Source: an uncultured bacterium (GTDB taxonomy: Bacteria > Verrucomicrobiota > Verrucomicrobiia > Limisphaerales > UBA8199). Taken from it: a stretch of 64,000 bases of DNA. Below the pieces are notes generated by a model. The model was not told the origin of the DNA. It worked only from the letters and a program-made list of their open reading frames with translations, and made no database searches. The DNA is taken from the NCBI GenBank assembly GCA_963749495.1, contig CAVVMW010000030.1:96001-160000 (forward strand), read 5' to 3'. Made by a program: the position numbers and the translations under genes. The first letter of the stretch is position 1. Each line of letters begins with the position of its first letter. Positions 19,508 through 28,871 of this stretch are shown here, in pieces.

Positions 19508-20443
19508 ATGCCTTTGACCATGGAACACGGTTTGGAAGTCGAAGAGGTCTCCAGGGAGCAAATCCGGGCCTCCGTGCCGGGCGGCATTGGCCCGGGGGGC
19601 AAATCCGCCTCGAGCGAAGAGGCCCAGTTGGCGCAAACGATTGTGATGTTCGAGGTCATCACGCAATCGCAACCGCTGGACTATCAGTCGCTGGAGATCC
19701 TCAAGGAGGCCTATTCGAAGCTGGGCCGCGAGCAAGAGGTCATCCGGACCTCCAAACGCATCGCCGAGGCCTACGTCCAGATGGGCCAGTTGTCCTCGGC
19801 CATCCTCGAGTACGAGGGCATCCTCCAGCGGTATCCCGACGACCCGGACGTGCTGGCCGCCTTGAAGCAGATCGAAAGCAAGGCCAGCACCTTTCCGCTT
19901 GCCCCCCCGGCAGCGGAGCCGGCGGCGCCGGCCAAGGCCCTGTCCCTCCCAGCGGCCCCGCCCAAAACCCCCGGCAAGACCCAGCCCGCCGAACTCGACG
20001 ACGGGCGCCGCGCCCTCTATCGCATCTTCGTCGAAAGCAAGACCATCACCGCCGGCGACTTCGACCTGTGCTGGTCCACTTCGGACCTCTCGGTCCCGCC
20101 AGGCCGCGTCATTGAACCCTTCATCCAGGTCTTGTCCAACAAGGGGATTCTGCCCCTGGAAAAGTCCCTCAAGCTCCTCTCGGACAAATCCCGGGCGGCC
20201 TACCTGCCGCTGGAGTGCTATGACGTGGACATGGACCTGGCGCGGAGCTTTCCCATGGCGGCCTGCCAGCGGTGGTGCATCCTGCCGTTCGATCGGATGA
20301 GCCAATCGGTGTTGGTCGCCACGGCCAACCCGTTCAACCACCAGGCCGCCAAGGACCTGGCCGCGGCCACCACCAGCCGCCTGCTTTGGTACCTGGCCTC
20401 GCCAGCCGAGTTGCTCAAACACCTGCACAAGGCCTTCCGGTAA
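19508..20443 (+). CDS. TPR-like + GspE/PilB N-terminal-like domain protein
   Basis: TPR-like helices (IAEAYVQMGQLSSAILEYE), Pro/Ala linker, ILPFD...LVATANPFN resembling the T2SSE N-terminal domain. Confidence 0.75.
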   Translation: MPLTMEHGLEVEEVSREQIRASVPGGIGPGGKSASSEEAQLAQTIVMFEVITQSQPLDYQSLEILKEAYSKLGREQEVIRTSKRIAEAYVQMGQLSSAILEYEGILQRYPDDPDVLAALKQIESKASTFPLAPPAAEPAAPAKALSLPAAPPKTPGKTQPAELDDGRRALYRIFVESKTITAGDFDLCWSTSDLSVPPGRVIEPFIQVLSNKGILPLEKSLKLLSDKSRAAYLPLECYDVDMDLARSFPMAACQRWCILPFDRMSQSVLVATANPFNHQAAKDLAAATTSRLLWYLASPAELLKHLHKAFR

Positions 20444-20446
20444 GCC

Positions 20447-22186
20447 ATGCCGCAGATGAAGACATTTGGCGAGCGGATTGCCGACGCGCTGGTCGAAGAC
20501 GGACTGCTCAGCGCCCAGCAGGTCGAGGAGTTGCTCGCGCAGCAGAGGAAAGAGGGCACCCGCCTCCTCAAGCTCATCCTCGACAAGGCCTGCGTCAGCG
20601 AGCAGGACATGGCCGTCTCGATGGGCCGGGTGCTCAACACCCCGCCCGTCAACCTCGCCCGCGCCGGCATTCAAAAGGAGGTCGCCGACCTCCTCCCCCG
20701 CGAGTTGTGCCACAACCACAAGGTCGTGCCCGTCTCGCGCCTCCAGAACAAGCTCTTCCTGGCCATGGCCGACCCGCTCAACGTGCTGGCCCTGGACGAC
20801 GTGCGCCGCATCACCCGGCTGGAGGTCTCCCCGCTCATCGCTTCCGAAAGGGCCATCCTCGACAGGCTCAACAACCTCGATGCCTCCCGCGGCGGCACCA
20901 TGGAGGACATCATCAAAGACGCCAACAAGAGCGCCGAGGCCGAGGGCGATTCCGAGGACGTCGAGATCTCCGCAGAGAAGGCCGAGGAGGTCAACCTCGA
21001 CCAGTTGGCCGCCTCGAGCGAAGAGGCCCCGGTCATCAAGCTGGCCAACATCATCCTGGTCCAGGCGGTTAAAGACCACGCCAGCGACGTCCACATCGAG
21101 CCCTTCGAAAAGGCCGTGCGTCTGCGCTATCGCATCAATGGCGTGCTCATGGACGCCACGCCGCCCCCCAAGCAGATGCAACTGGCCCTGGCCTCGCGCT
21201 TCAAGATCATGAGCAGCCTGGACATCGCCGAGCGCCGCCTCCCCCAGGACGGCCGCATGCGCATCCGCGTCGGCGGCAAGGACTACGACCTGCGCGTCTC
21301 CATCATGCCCACCGTCCACGGCGAGAAAATCGTCCTGCGCCTGCTCGACAAGACAAACCTCGCCGCCAGCGTCGATAAGCTCGGCCTGGATGCCGGCACC
21401 TTCGAGCAGATCAAGAACGCCATCGACGCCCCCCACGGCCTCATCCTGGTCACCGGCCCAACCGGCTCCGGCAAGACCACCACCCTCTATTCCGCCCTCA
21501 ACGAACTCAATAGCCCCGCCTTCAACATCGTTACCGTCGAGGACCCCGTCGAGTTCCAGATCCCGGGCATCAACCAAATGCCGGTCAAGAAAGAGATCGG
21601 CCTGACCTTCGCCAATGCCTTGCGTTCCATCCTGCGCCAGGACCCCGATATCATCATGATCGGCGAGATCCGCGATACCGAGACGGCCGAAATCGCCGTC
21701 GAGGCCGCCCTGACCGGCCACCAGGTCCTGAGCACGATGCACTGCAACGATGCCCCGGGCGCCATTACACGCCTGGACGAGATGGGCATCGCCCCGTTCC
21801 TGATCGCCTCCTCGGTCATCCTTACCTGCGCCCAACGCCTCATGCGCCGCATCTGCTCCCACTGCAAAGAGCCGGTCACCTACCCCGCCAAGATGTACCA
21901 CGACCTGAGCATCGATCCCAGTCTCTTCGACGGCGTTACTCTCTTCTCGGGGCGGGGCTGTGACCGGTGCAAAGGCGCCGGTTACTCCGGCCGGCTTGCC
22001 ATCATCGAGGCCATGACCATGACGGACGACATCCGCAAGCTCGTCATCGACCGCGCCAACTCCCGCGAGCTCAGCCGCGTCGCCATCGGCCAGGGCATGC
22101 GCACCCTCCGCATGGTCGCCCTGGAGCGCGCCCGTGAGGGCATCTCGACCCTCGAACAGGTCCTGCTCTTGACCTCGGCTCATTAA
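20447..22186 (+). CDS. pilB: Type IV pilus / type II secretion assembly ATPase (PilB/GspE)
   Basis: ASDVHIEP, LPQDGR, GPTGSGKTT, LRQDPD, GEIRD and tetracysteine CxxC...CxxC motifs. Confidence 0.93.
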   Translation: MPQMKTFGERIADALVEDGLLSAQQVEELLAQQRKEGTRLLKLILDKACVSEQDMAVSMGRVLNTPPVNLARAGIQKEVADLLPRELCHNHKVVPVSRLQNKLFLAMADPLNVLALDDVRRITRLEVSPLIASERAILDRLNNLDASRGGTMEDIIKDANKSAEAEGDSEDVEISAEKAEEVNLDQLAASSEEAPVIKLANIILVQAVKDHASDVHIEPFEKAVRLRYRINGVLMDATPPPKQMQLALASRFKIMSSLDIAERRLPQDGRMRIRVGGKDYDLRVSIMPTVHGEKIVLRLLDKTNLAASVDKLGLDAGTFEQIKNAIDAPHGLILVTGPTGSGKTTTLYSALNELNSPAFNIVTVEDPVEFQIPGINQMPVKKEIGLTFANALRSILRQDPDIIMIGEIRDTETAEIAVEAALTGHQVLSTMHCNDAPGAITRLDEMGIAPFLIASSVILTCAQRLMRRICSHCKEPVTYPAKMYHDLSIDPSLFDGVTLFSGRGCDRCKGAGYSGRLAIIEAMTMTDDIRKLVIDRANSRELSRVAIGQGMRTLRMVALERAREGISTLEQVLLLTSAH

Positions 22187-22285
22187 GGGAGGGGTTATCC
22201 AGCTTATCTTCCAGGCACGGCCAACCCCGGCACACGGCTTGGCGTTGGGGACGCGCCAGACCGGTCTGACGGCCTGAACCAATCT

Positions 22286-22316
22286 TGACTGTCCTGTGTT
22301 TTCGTGTTTTCGTGTC
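22286..22316 (+). promoter_or_regulatory. Putative promoter/operator of the VapBC operon
   Basis: TTGACT followed by direct repeats GTGTTTTC-GTGTTTTC-GTGT just upstream of the GTG start. Confidence 0.45.
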
Positions 22317-22319
22317 CTT

Positions 22320-22547
22320 GTGAAGAATCTAACGGTGACGATTGATGAAGAGACCTATCGACTTGCGCGCATAGCGGCGGCTGAGCAAGGGGTATCGGTC
22401 AGCGGGTTAGTGCGTCGCCTCTTGGCTGGGCTCCGTCCAGGAGAGAACCGGGCTGGGGCGGTCCAACGTGCCTTTAGGGCGATGGATGCTGTCAAGAAGT
22501 TTTCCGCAGGCAACCGCATGAGCCGCGAGGAGTTGCATGAGCGCTGA
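22320..22547 (+). CDS. Ribbon-helix-helix antitoxin (VapB-like)
   Basis: MKNLTVTIDE...ARIAAAEQGVSVSGLVR...SREELHER; overlaps the PIN gene. Confidence 0.85.
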   Translation: MKNLTVTIDEETYRLARIAAAEQGVSVSGLVRRLLAGLRPGENRAGAVQRAFRAMDAVKKFSAGNRMSREELHER

Positions 22548-22957
22548 TGCCTTGCTCGACAGCAACGTCCTGCTCTATGCCGTTTCGAACAATCCGTCCG
22601 AGTGGAAAAAGCGAGAGCGGGCGCGTGCGCTGCTAGCTTCGCCCGGCATCGGCTTCTCCACCCAGGTGTTCTCGGAGTTCTACGACAACGCGACTCGGAA
22701 GCGATCACCGCGGCTCACGCATCGGGAAGCGGTGGGCATTCTTCGAGCCATTGGGTTTGCTGCCCGTGCAGCCGATCACCAGCGATGTCTTTTGGCATGC
22801 CATTCAGCTCGCTGAGCGCTTCCAGCTCCGCTTCTGGGACAGTGCAATCCTGGCTGCCGCTCGCGCCCTCGGTTGCCGCACAGTTTGGAGCGAAGACCTC
22901 AATGACGGGCAGCAATACGACGGTGTCCGGGTTCAGGATCCATTCAAAACCGCTTAG
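22537..22957 (+). CDS. PIN-domain toxin (VapC-like), frameshift at ~22742
   Basis: LDSNVLLYA, STQVFSEF in one frame; FWDSAILAAA, WSEDL in the next. Confidence 0.85.
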
Positions 22958-22964
22958 CCGGCTC

Positions 22965-24179
22965 ATGCTCACACTGCCGGAAGCGCTGGCGCGGATTTTG
23001 GCGGAGGTCCCTCCGCCGGTGGCCGAGGAGATCGCCCTGGGCGAGGCAGCAGGCCGGGTCGTGGCACAGCGGGTGGAGTCGGGGCTGGACCTGCCCCGCT
23101 TTGACAATTCCGCGATGGATGGTTATGCGGTGCGCGCCCAGGACGTGGCCGCGGCCAGAACCGGAGCGCCGGCGCGCCTGCGCGTGAGCGGCCGGATTGC
23201 GGCCGGAGAGGGCGCGGTGTGCCCGGTGGTTGCCGGGGCCTGTGTGCGGCTGTTCACCGGCTCGCCGCTGCCGCCGGGGGCGGATGCCGTGGTCATGCAG
23301 GAGGAGACGCGGCCCGCGCCCGAAGGGCCCGGGGCAGTGCTGGTCCTCGGACCGGTGAGCCCCGGCGAGAACGTCCGGCGGCGCGGTGAGGACATCGCCT
23401 GCGGCGCGACGCTGGCCCGGGCGGGTGACCGGCTCACGCCAGGCCGTCTCAGCCTCCTGGCCGCCGCGGGCTGCGCTCGAGTTCGGGTCGGACGCCGCCC
23501 GCTGGTCGGCGTGCTGGCGACGGGGTCCGAATTGAGAGAGCCTGGGCAGCCGCTGGCCGCCGGGGAGATCTACGAGAGCAATCGCATCGCCCTGGCCGCG
23601 ATGATTCAGGGCGCCGGGGCGATTCCCAAGGTCCTTCCGCTGGCGGCGGACACGCCGGCGGCGACGGTCCAGGCGCTCGAACAGGCCTTCGCTCAATGCG
23701 ATGCCGTGGTTAGCTCGGGAGGCGCCTCGGTAGGGGAGATGGACTTCATCAAGGGGGCGCTGGCGCAGGCCGGGTGCAGCCTCCAGTTCTGGCAGGTGGC
23801 GATCAAGCCGGGCCGGCCCTTTGTCTTCGGCCGGCGGCGCGAGAAGCTTCTCTTTGGCCTTCCCGGCAACCCGGTGTCGGCCCTGGTCACCTTCCGGTTG
23901 CTGGTGCGGCCAGCCCTGCTCCGCTGGCAAGGCGCAGAGCAAGTCGCCTTGCCCACCCGCAACGGCGTGCTGGCCGAGCCTCTGGCCAATGACGGCAGCC
24001 GCCCGCATTTCATGCGAGTCCGGCTCGATGCCCAGGGCAACGTCTATTCTGCCGGGCTGCAGGCCTCGCACGTGCTGAGCGCCCTTGCGGCCGCCAACGG
24101 CCTCGTCGAGGTCCCGCCACAAACGACGCTGCCTGCCTCAACCCCGGTCGCGGTCCTGAGCCTGGAGGGGGGCGATTAG
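22965..24179 (+). CDS. moeA: Molybdopterin molybdotransferase
   Basis: FDNSAMDGYA, GADAVVMQE, TGSEL, SSGGASVG, IKPGRP and GLPGNPVS motifs. Confidence 0.96.
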   Translation: MLTLPEALARILAEVPPPVAEEIALGEAAGRVVAQRVESGLDLPRFDNSAMDGYAVRAQDVAAARTGAPARLRVSGRIAAGEGAVCPVVAGACVRLFTGSPLPPGADAVVMQEETRPAPEGPGAVLVLGPVSPGENVRRRGEDIACGATLARAGDRLTPGRLSLLAAAGCARVRVGRRPLVGVLATGSELREPGQPLAAGEIYESNRIALAAMIQGAGAIPKVLPLAADTPAATVQALEQAFAQCDAVVSSGGASVGEMDFIKGALAQAGCSLQFWQVAIKPGRPFVFGRRREKLLFGLPGNPVSALVTFRLLVRPALLRWQGAEQVALPTRNGVLAEPLANDGSRPHFMRVRLDAQGNVYSAGLQASHVLSALAAANGLVEVPPQTTLPASTPVAVLSLEGGD

Positions 24180-24187
24180 CCTCGGTC

Positions 24188-25393
24188 TCACGGCTTGACC
24201 ACCTTCACCCGGAACAACGCGGGGGCGGGGCAGTTGGCGATGGAGAAGGTGTTGGTTGTGAGCACGGGCGAGAGGGCGGCAAAGGCCGGCGGCCAGAGCG
24301 AGGGGCTCATCTCGACAACAAACCCCTGGGCGGGCCGGGTGGTGCCCTGGACCTGGTCGTAGAGGATGGCCGCCGGGCCGTCCCATTGCAGGGTGAGGCT
24401 GGAAGAGGCCGCCGAGTATTGCCACTGCCTGATTCGAGGCAGAGGGTGATAGCGAATGACCCCGCGCACGGGCATGTTGGCCTGCCAGTTCTGGGGGCCC
24501 CAAACACTCAGCTTGTCGCCCTCGGCCCAACTGGTGCGGTAGCGCACGTAGGAGACGCCGGCGTTCACATAGTAGCCGTAGGCCAGCATGCTGTGGATTT
24601 CCGGGTTGACGTTGGGCACAAGCCCCACGGTTGAGCTTGTCTGATTGTAACTCTGCAAGAAGAGCAATACGGGGTAGCCGGCGTCGATCTCGGCCTGCAT
24701 GTCCGCGAAGGTGAATCCTTTGCCGGAGGGTGTGTGCGGATTGAAGACCGTCAATTGCGAGATGACGGTGCAATCATAACCCCGGAATCGGGTCCAGGCC
24801 CGCAGCCCGGATTGCACGTCGCGGGGCGGCAGGCCGGCCGCGCCGCTGGGCACAAAGTTGGTCCGCGGCTCGCCGCTGGCATCCCAATAATTAAAGCAGA
24901 AGCCGTCAATGTTGCCGTTGCACTCGTTGGCCATGTTGGTCCATTTCAACTGGCTGGCGCCGATGAAATCCGCCAGGCAATCCGGGGCGTGCTCGGCGCG
25001 GTGTGCGGTCACGTAAGGGTCGGGAGCGGCGCTGTCGTAACCGACATAGTAATCGTCCACGTGTCCCGGCTGGTTCGCCGGGCGTCCGTCCACACCCGCT
25101 CGCGAGGCCCACATCGAGACAATGCCATAATGGCTGGTCCCGGGTGGGTCGGACGGGTTCCCATTGTTGTCCAGCGGGGCCACGCCGCCATTGGCCGGGC
25201 CGGTATAAAAATCAGGGAAGCCGTGCCGGTCCCAGAAGCCCATCAGGTTGCCCGAGGCAGTCGGCATGCAGCCAAAGTACCAGGCATAGTCCGGGACCTC
25301 GGTCAGATAGACCGAGGCATCGGCAGCGCCGGCCGGGGCCGCCCCGAGGGTAGCCGCCGCTCCGAGCATTACCCATTTCATTAGCAATTTCAT
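24188..25393 (-). CDS. Secreted protein, probable papain-like (C39/C10-type) cysteine peptidase with C-terminal Verrucomicrobia-type domain
   Basis: Signal peptide; WYFGCMPTA (Cys) and EIDAGYPVLL...HSMLAYGY (His). Confidence 0.65.
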   Translation of the reverse strand: MKLLMKWVMLGAAATLGAAPAGAADASVYLTEVPDYAWYFGCMPTASGNLMGFWDRHGFPDFYTGPANGGVAPLDNNGNPSDPPGTSHYGIVSMWASRAGVDGRPANQPGHVDDYYVGYDSAAPDPYVTAHRAEHAPDCLADFIGASQLKWTNMANECNGNIDGFCFNYWDASGEPRTNFVPSGAAGLPPRDVQSGLRAWTRFRGYDCTVISQLTVFNPHTPSGKGFTFADMQAEIDAGYPVLLFLQSYNQTSSTVGLVPNVNPEIHSMLAYGYYVNAGVSYVRYRTSWAEGDKLSVWGPQNWQANMPVRGVIRYHPLPRIRQWQYSAASSSLTLQWDGPAAILYDQVQGTTRPAQGFVVEMSPSLWPPAFAALSPVLTTNTFSIANCPAPALFRVKVVKP

Positions 25394-25405
25394 GGTCCTC
25401 CTTTG

Positions 25406-26134
25406 TTAGGGCGGGAAATAGCCCGGCACGGTGTCCTGGCCGTAAAGGGCCTGGATGCCGAGGTTCTCCAGCCGGATTCGGCCGCAGGCCTCCACGTGGC
25501 CGTCCAGGAAGAAGCCGTTGGCGTGGAGGTCGTGGCGGGCGTGTACCTCGTATTGGTGGTCGGCATCGAAGAAATAGTATTGGCGGGCGCCGGCGCCGCC
25601 CCTGCCCCGGCTGGTGGTGTCGGCCAGGTGGAGGTATTCGGTTGGCTGCCGCACCTGGGTGGTGTCCAGGATCTCGCCAAAGTCCCCCAGCGCATATTCC
25701 GCGGGCGGGTCCTGGCGCACGCCATAGAGGTAGAACCAGTTGGTGAACCGTTGCGGAGGATAGGAGGGACAGACAAACACATCCAGGGCCTTGAGCGGCT
25801 GGTTGGTGTTCAGAATGCTGGCCCAGGTCGAGTCCGGGTCCAGCGGTGCATCAATTTGAATTCGCCCTTTGAATTCATCGAGGTAGAGGGCGATGGCAAC
25901 TCCCAACTGCTTCAAATTGCCGGAGCATTGGGCGCGCCGCGCCCGGCCTTTGGCCCGGGCCAGCGCCGGCAACAGCAGGCTGGCCAGGATGGCTATGATG
26001 GCAATCACCACCAGCAGTTCGATCAGCGTAAACGCCCTGAGACGCTCCCGCCCCGCGCTGCGGCCGCTCCCTGCTGCCGGACTGCCCCGCAAACCCCGCT
26101 CTGCAACGGACTGTTTCAAGAAAGACTTTGACAC
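25406..26134 (-). CDS. Prepilin-type N-terminal cleavage/methylation protein with H-X9-DG motif
   Basis: [34 protein letters not shown] and [16 protein letters not shown]. Confidence 0.92.
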   Translation of the reverse strand: MSKSFLKQSVAERGLRGSPAAGSGRSAGRERLRAFTLIELLVVIAIIAILASLLLPALARAKGRARRAQCSGNLKQLGVAIALYLDEFKGRIQIDAPLDPDSTWASILNTNQPLKALDVFVCPSYPPQRFTNWFYLYGVRQDPPAEYALGDFGEILDTTQVRQPTEYLHLADTTSRGRGGAGARQYYFFDADHQYEVHARHDLHANGFFLDGHVEACGRIRLENLGIQALYGQDTVPGYFPP

Positions 26135-26184
26135 AGTATAGTAAAATGAAATCCAATATAAGTCGATGATTATCTGTAGGTAGT

Positions 26185-27579
26185 ATGCTCTTCACCTCGA
26201 TGGAGTTCCTGCAGTTTTTCGCTGCGTTTCTGCTCCTCTATTTCCTGTGCCGCAACAGCCTGCCGGCGCGCAACCTGCTCGTCGTCGCCGCCAGTTGGCT
26301 CTTTTACGGCTGGTGGGATTATCGCTTCCTGGGCCTGCTGATTTTTTCGGGGTGTTTCGACTTCGGCATCGGCCGCTGGCTGGCGGTGGCCGCCGGACCC
26401 CGCCGGCGAAAGACCATTGTCGGCCTGAGCATTGCGGTGAACCTGTCCCTGCTCGGCTTCTTCAAGTATTACGATTTCTTCGCGGGCTCGCTGGCCGCGC
26501 TCCTGGGGCGCCTGGGCATTCCGGTTCACGTCCGCACCCTTGGCATCATTCTTCCGGTCGGCATCTCGTTCTACACCTTTCAGAGCTTGGGCTACGTCAT
26601 CAACGTCTATCGCGGGCAATTGCAGCCATCCCGGAACCTGGCGCAGTACCTGGGCTTCGTCTCCTTTTTTCCGCAGTTGGTGGCCGGCCCCATCCAGCGC
26701 GGCCATCATCTGCTCCCGCAATTCGAGCGGACGCTCAAGGTGACGCCCGACCTGCTGGCACAGGGGCTTTGGCTCGTCCTCTGGGGCGCGTTCAAGAAGG
26801 TGGTTATAGCCGACAATCTGGCGCCCCTGGTCGAGATGGTCTTCGACGCTCCAGCCGCCACCGCCCCGGCGGTGGCCGCCGGCACCCTCGCCTTCGCCTT
26901 TCAGATCTACGGCGACTTCTCCGGTTACTCGGACATCGCCTGCGGCTTGGCCAAAATCCTCGGGTTCGACCTCAAGGCCAATTTCAATCTCCCCTATTTT
27001 GCCACGGACCTGAGGGATTTCTGGAGGCGCTGGCACATCAGCCTCTCGTCCTGGCTGCGCGACTACCTTTACATCGGGCTGGGCGGAAACCGCCGGGGGC
27101 CGGTCCGCGCGGCGTTGAACGTGCTGCTCACCCTGTTGCTGGGCGGTCTGTGGCACGGCGCCGCCTGGAATTTTGTCCTGTGGGGCGCCTGGCACGGAGC
27201 TGGATTGCTGCTGGTCCGATGGTGGCAAGGGACAAAAGGGCGGACGCTCCCGTCCTGGGTGGCGGGGCCCGCCACGTTCCTGTTTGTGCTCTACGGCTGG
27301 CTTTTGTTTCGCGCCGGGTCTTTCGGACGGATCTGCAGTTTGACCGGGGCCCTGGCGCATTGGGGCGCCCCGGGCTGGCTTCCCCATTATCTGCTGAGCC
27401 TGACCTTCCTGGTGTTGCCCGTGCTCCTGGTTCAGACCTGGCAACGCAAGGCAGACAACCTCCTGGCGCCGCTGGCGGCGCCCTGGTGGTTGCGCAGCGG
27501 CATCCAGGGCCTTCTGCTCCTGTGCATCGTGCTATTCTGGGAGAAGCGGCCCCTGCCGTTCATCTATTTCCAGTTCTAG
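26185..27579 (+). CDS. MBOAT O-acyltransferase (AlgI/DltB-like)
   Basis: [37 protein letters not shown] and GLWHGA motifs. Confidence 0.95.
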   Translation: MLFTSMEFLQFFAAFLLLYFLCRNSLPARNLLVVAASWLFYGWWDYRFLGLLIFSGCFDFGIGRWLAVAAGPRRRKTIVGLSIAVNLSLLGFFKYYDFFAGSLAALLGRLGIPVHVRTLGIILPVGISFYTFQSLGYVINVYRGQLQPSRNLAQYLGFVSFFPQLVAGPIQRGHHLLPQFERTLKVTPDLLAQGLWLVLWGAFKKVVIADNLAPLVEMVFDAPAATAPAVAAGTLAFAFQIYGDFSGYSDIACGLAKILGFDLKANFNLPYFATDLRDFWRRWHISLSSWLRDYLYIGLGGNRRGPVRAALNVLLTLLLGGLWHGAAWNFVLWGAWHGAGLLLVRWWQGTKGRTLPSWVAGPATFLFVLYGWLLFRAGSFGRICSLTGALAHWGAPGWLPHYLLSLTFLVLPVLLVQTWQRKADNLLAPLAAPWWLRSGIQGLLLLCIVLFWEKRPLPFIYFQF

Positions 27580-27581
27580 CA

Positions 27582-27665
27582 AAACGTGAAACGTGAAACG
27601 TGAAACGTGAAAGGCCATCGATAACGCGTCAGACATGGGACAAGGTTCACGTTTCACGTTTCACG
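27582..27665. repeat. Heptamer hairpin (AAACGTG)4 ... (TTCACGT)~3
   Basis: Seen directly. Confidence 0.85.
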
Positions 27666-27673
27666 GCCCTAGC

Positions 27674-28657
27674 ATGAGAAGCCACGAATACGATTTGCGA
27701 GCGGCCGATTTGATGGGGCTGCTGGCCGGCCTGCTGGTCCCGATGGTCGTCCTTGCCTCCCTGCTTCGCCTGGGCGCCTTGCTCGGTGTCTTTCCCTCTC
27801 CCTGGCCGGCACTGGACGTGGACCACACGATTCTGACCCATCAAGCGCAGGCCAGCCGCACGGCCACCGATGCCGATGTCCTGTTACTAGGGGATTCCTC
27901 ATGCCTGATGGACGTCTCGGGAGCGAGGCTGGAGGAGCTTCTGGCCGGAAGGCGCCATTCGCTCAACCTCGGGACGTTCATGTATGTCGGCTTCAACGGC
28001 TATGCGGCGCTGCTTTCGCGGTGTGCCCAGGCCAACCCGGCTCGCTTGCGCACCGTGGTGGTCCTGGTCCACCCCGAGATGCTGCGGGGCGTTGAGCCGG
28101 TCTCGCATTACCTGAACTTCCTGTCGGACTACTACTCGGGAGCGGACTACACCGAGCCGGGCTCCGTTCACGGGGAGTTGTGCGGGCTGTTGGGCCTGGA
28201 CATCTTCCGCGACCGCTTCCTGAGCCGCATCCCGCTCCCGTTGCCCAAGGAGTATGGCCGCTATTACGGGTTCAACCTGGACCTCGATGCCTTCATGGAC
28301 CGGCAGCGCGGCAGCGCCATTGACCCCCGGCAGTACATCCCATCCCCGGGCCAGGGAAATGCGGAATACCGCCTGGCGCCGGGCCTGGAGCCGGGCTGCC
28401 GGGCATTGAAGGCGGCGGTCCCCTCGGGCGCGGTGCTGGCCGTCGGCCTCACGCCCTTGCCCGAGTCGTTCGCCCCGCCCGGCTTTGCCTCCAGACGTCA
28501 AGCCATCCTCCAGCATTGGGGTCAGTGGATTGGGGCTGACATCCTCTTGACCAACCTCCCACCCACGCTGCCCGATTCCTGCTTCGCCAGCACGACCCAT
28601 CTCAACGCCCAGGGCGGGTTGCGCTATGCCGAAATCGTGGCCCGGTGCTTGAAATGA
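27674..28657 (+). CDS. Membrane-anchored SGNH-like protein (AlgJ/DltD-type partner of the MBOAT)
   Basis: N-terminal TM, LLLGDSS and C-terminal FASTTHLN; co-oriented directly after the MBOAT gene. Confidence 0.65.
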   Translation: MRSHEYDLRAADLMGLLAGLLVPMVVLASLLRLGALLGVFPSPWPALDVDHTILTHQAQASRTATDADVLLLGDSSCLMDVSGARLEELLAGRRHSLNLGTFMYVGFNGYAALLSRCAQANPARLRTVVVLVHPEMLRGVEPVSHYLNFLSDYYSGADYTEPGSVHGELCGLLGLDIFRDRFLSRIPLPLPKEYGRYYGFNLDLDAFMDRQRGSAIDPRQYIPSPGQGNAEYRLAPGLEPGCRALKAAVPSGAVLAVGLTPLPESFAPPGFASRRQAILQHWGQWIGADILLTNLPPTLPDSCFASTTHLNAQGGLRYAEIVARCLK

Positions 28658-28834
28658 CGAATGACGAATGACGAATGACGAATGACGAATGTGAAAGGAA
28701 TGACGAATGACGAATGACGAATGACGAATGTGAAAGGAATGACGAATGACGAATGACGAATGACGAATGAAAAGGTCCTGCATTCGTCATTCGTCATTCG
28801 TCATTCGTCATTCGTCATTCGTCATTCGTCATTC
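28653..28834. repeat. Heptamer array (AATGACG)5+4+4 with a 39-bp higher-order period, followed by inverted (CATTCGT)7
   Basis: Counted directly. Confidence 0.95.
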
Positions 28835-28871
28835 TTGCCTTTGGGCACTCTTCACCTCATGATGCCACCCT

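Noticed and set aside
19463..22282. 939-aa minus-strand ORF
   Set aside because: Antisense shadow of the pilB operon
28653..28834. Possible CRISPR array
   Set aside because: Units are 7 bp with identical interruptions, there are no unique spacers and no cas genes
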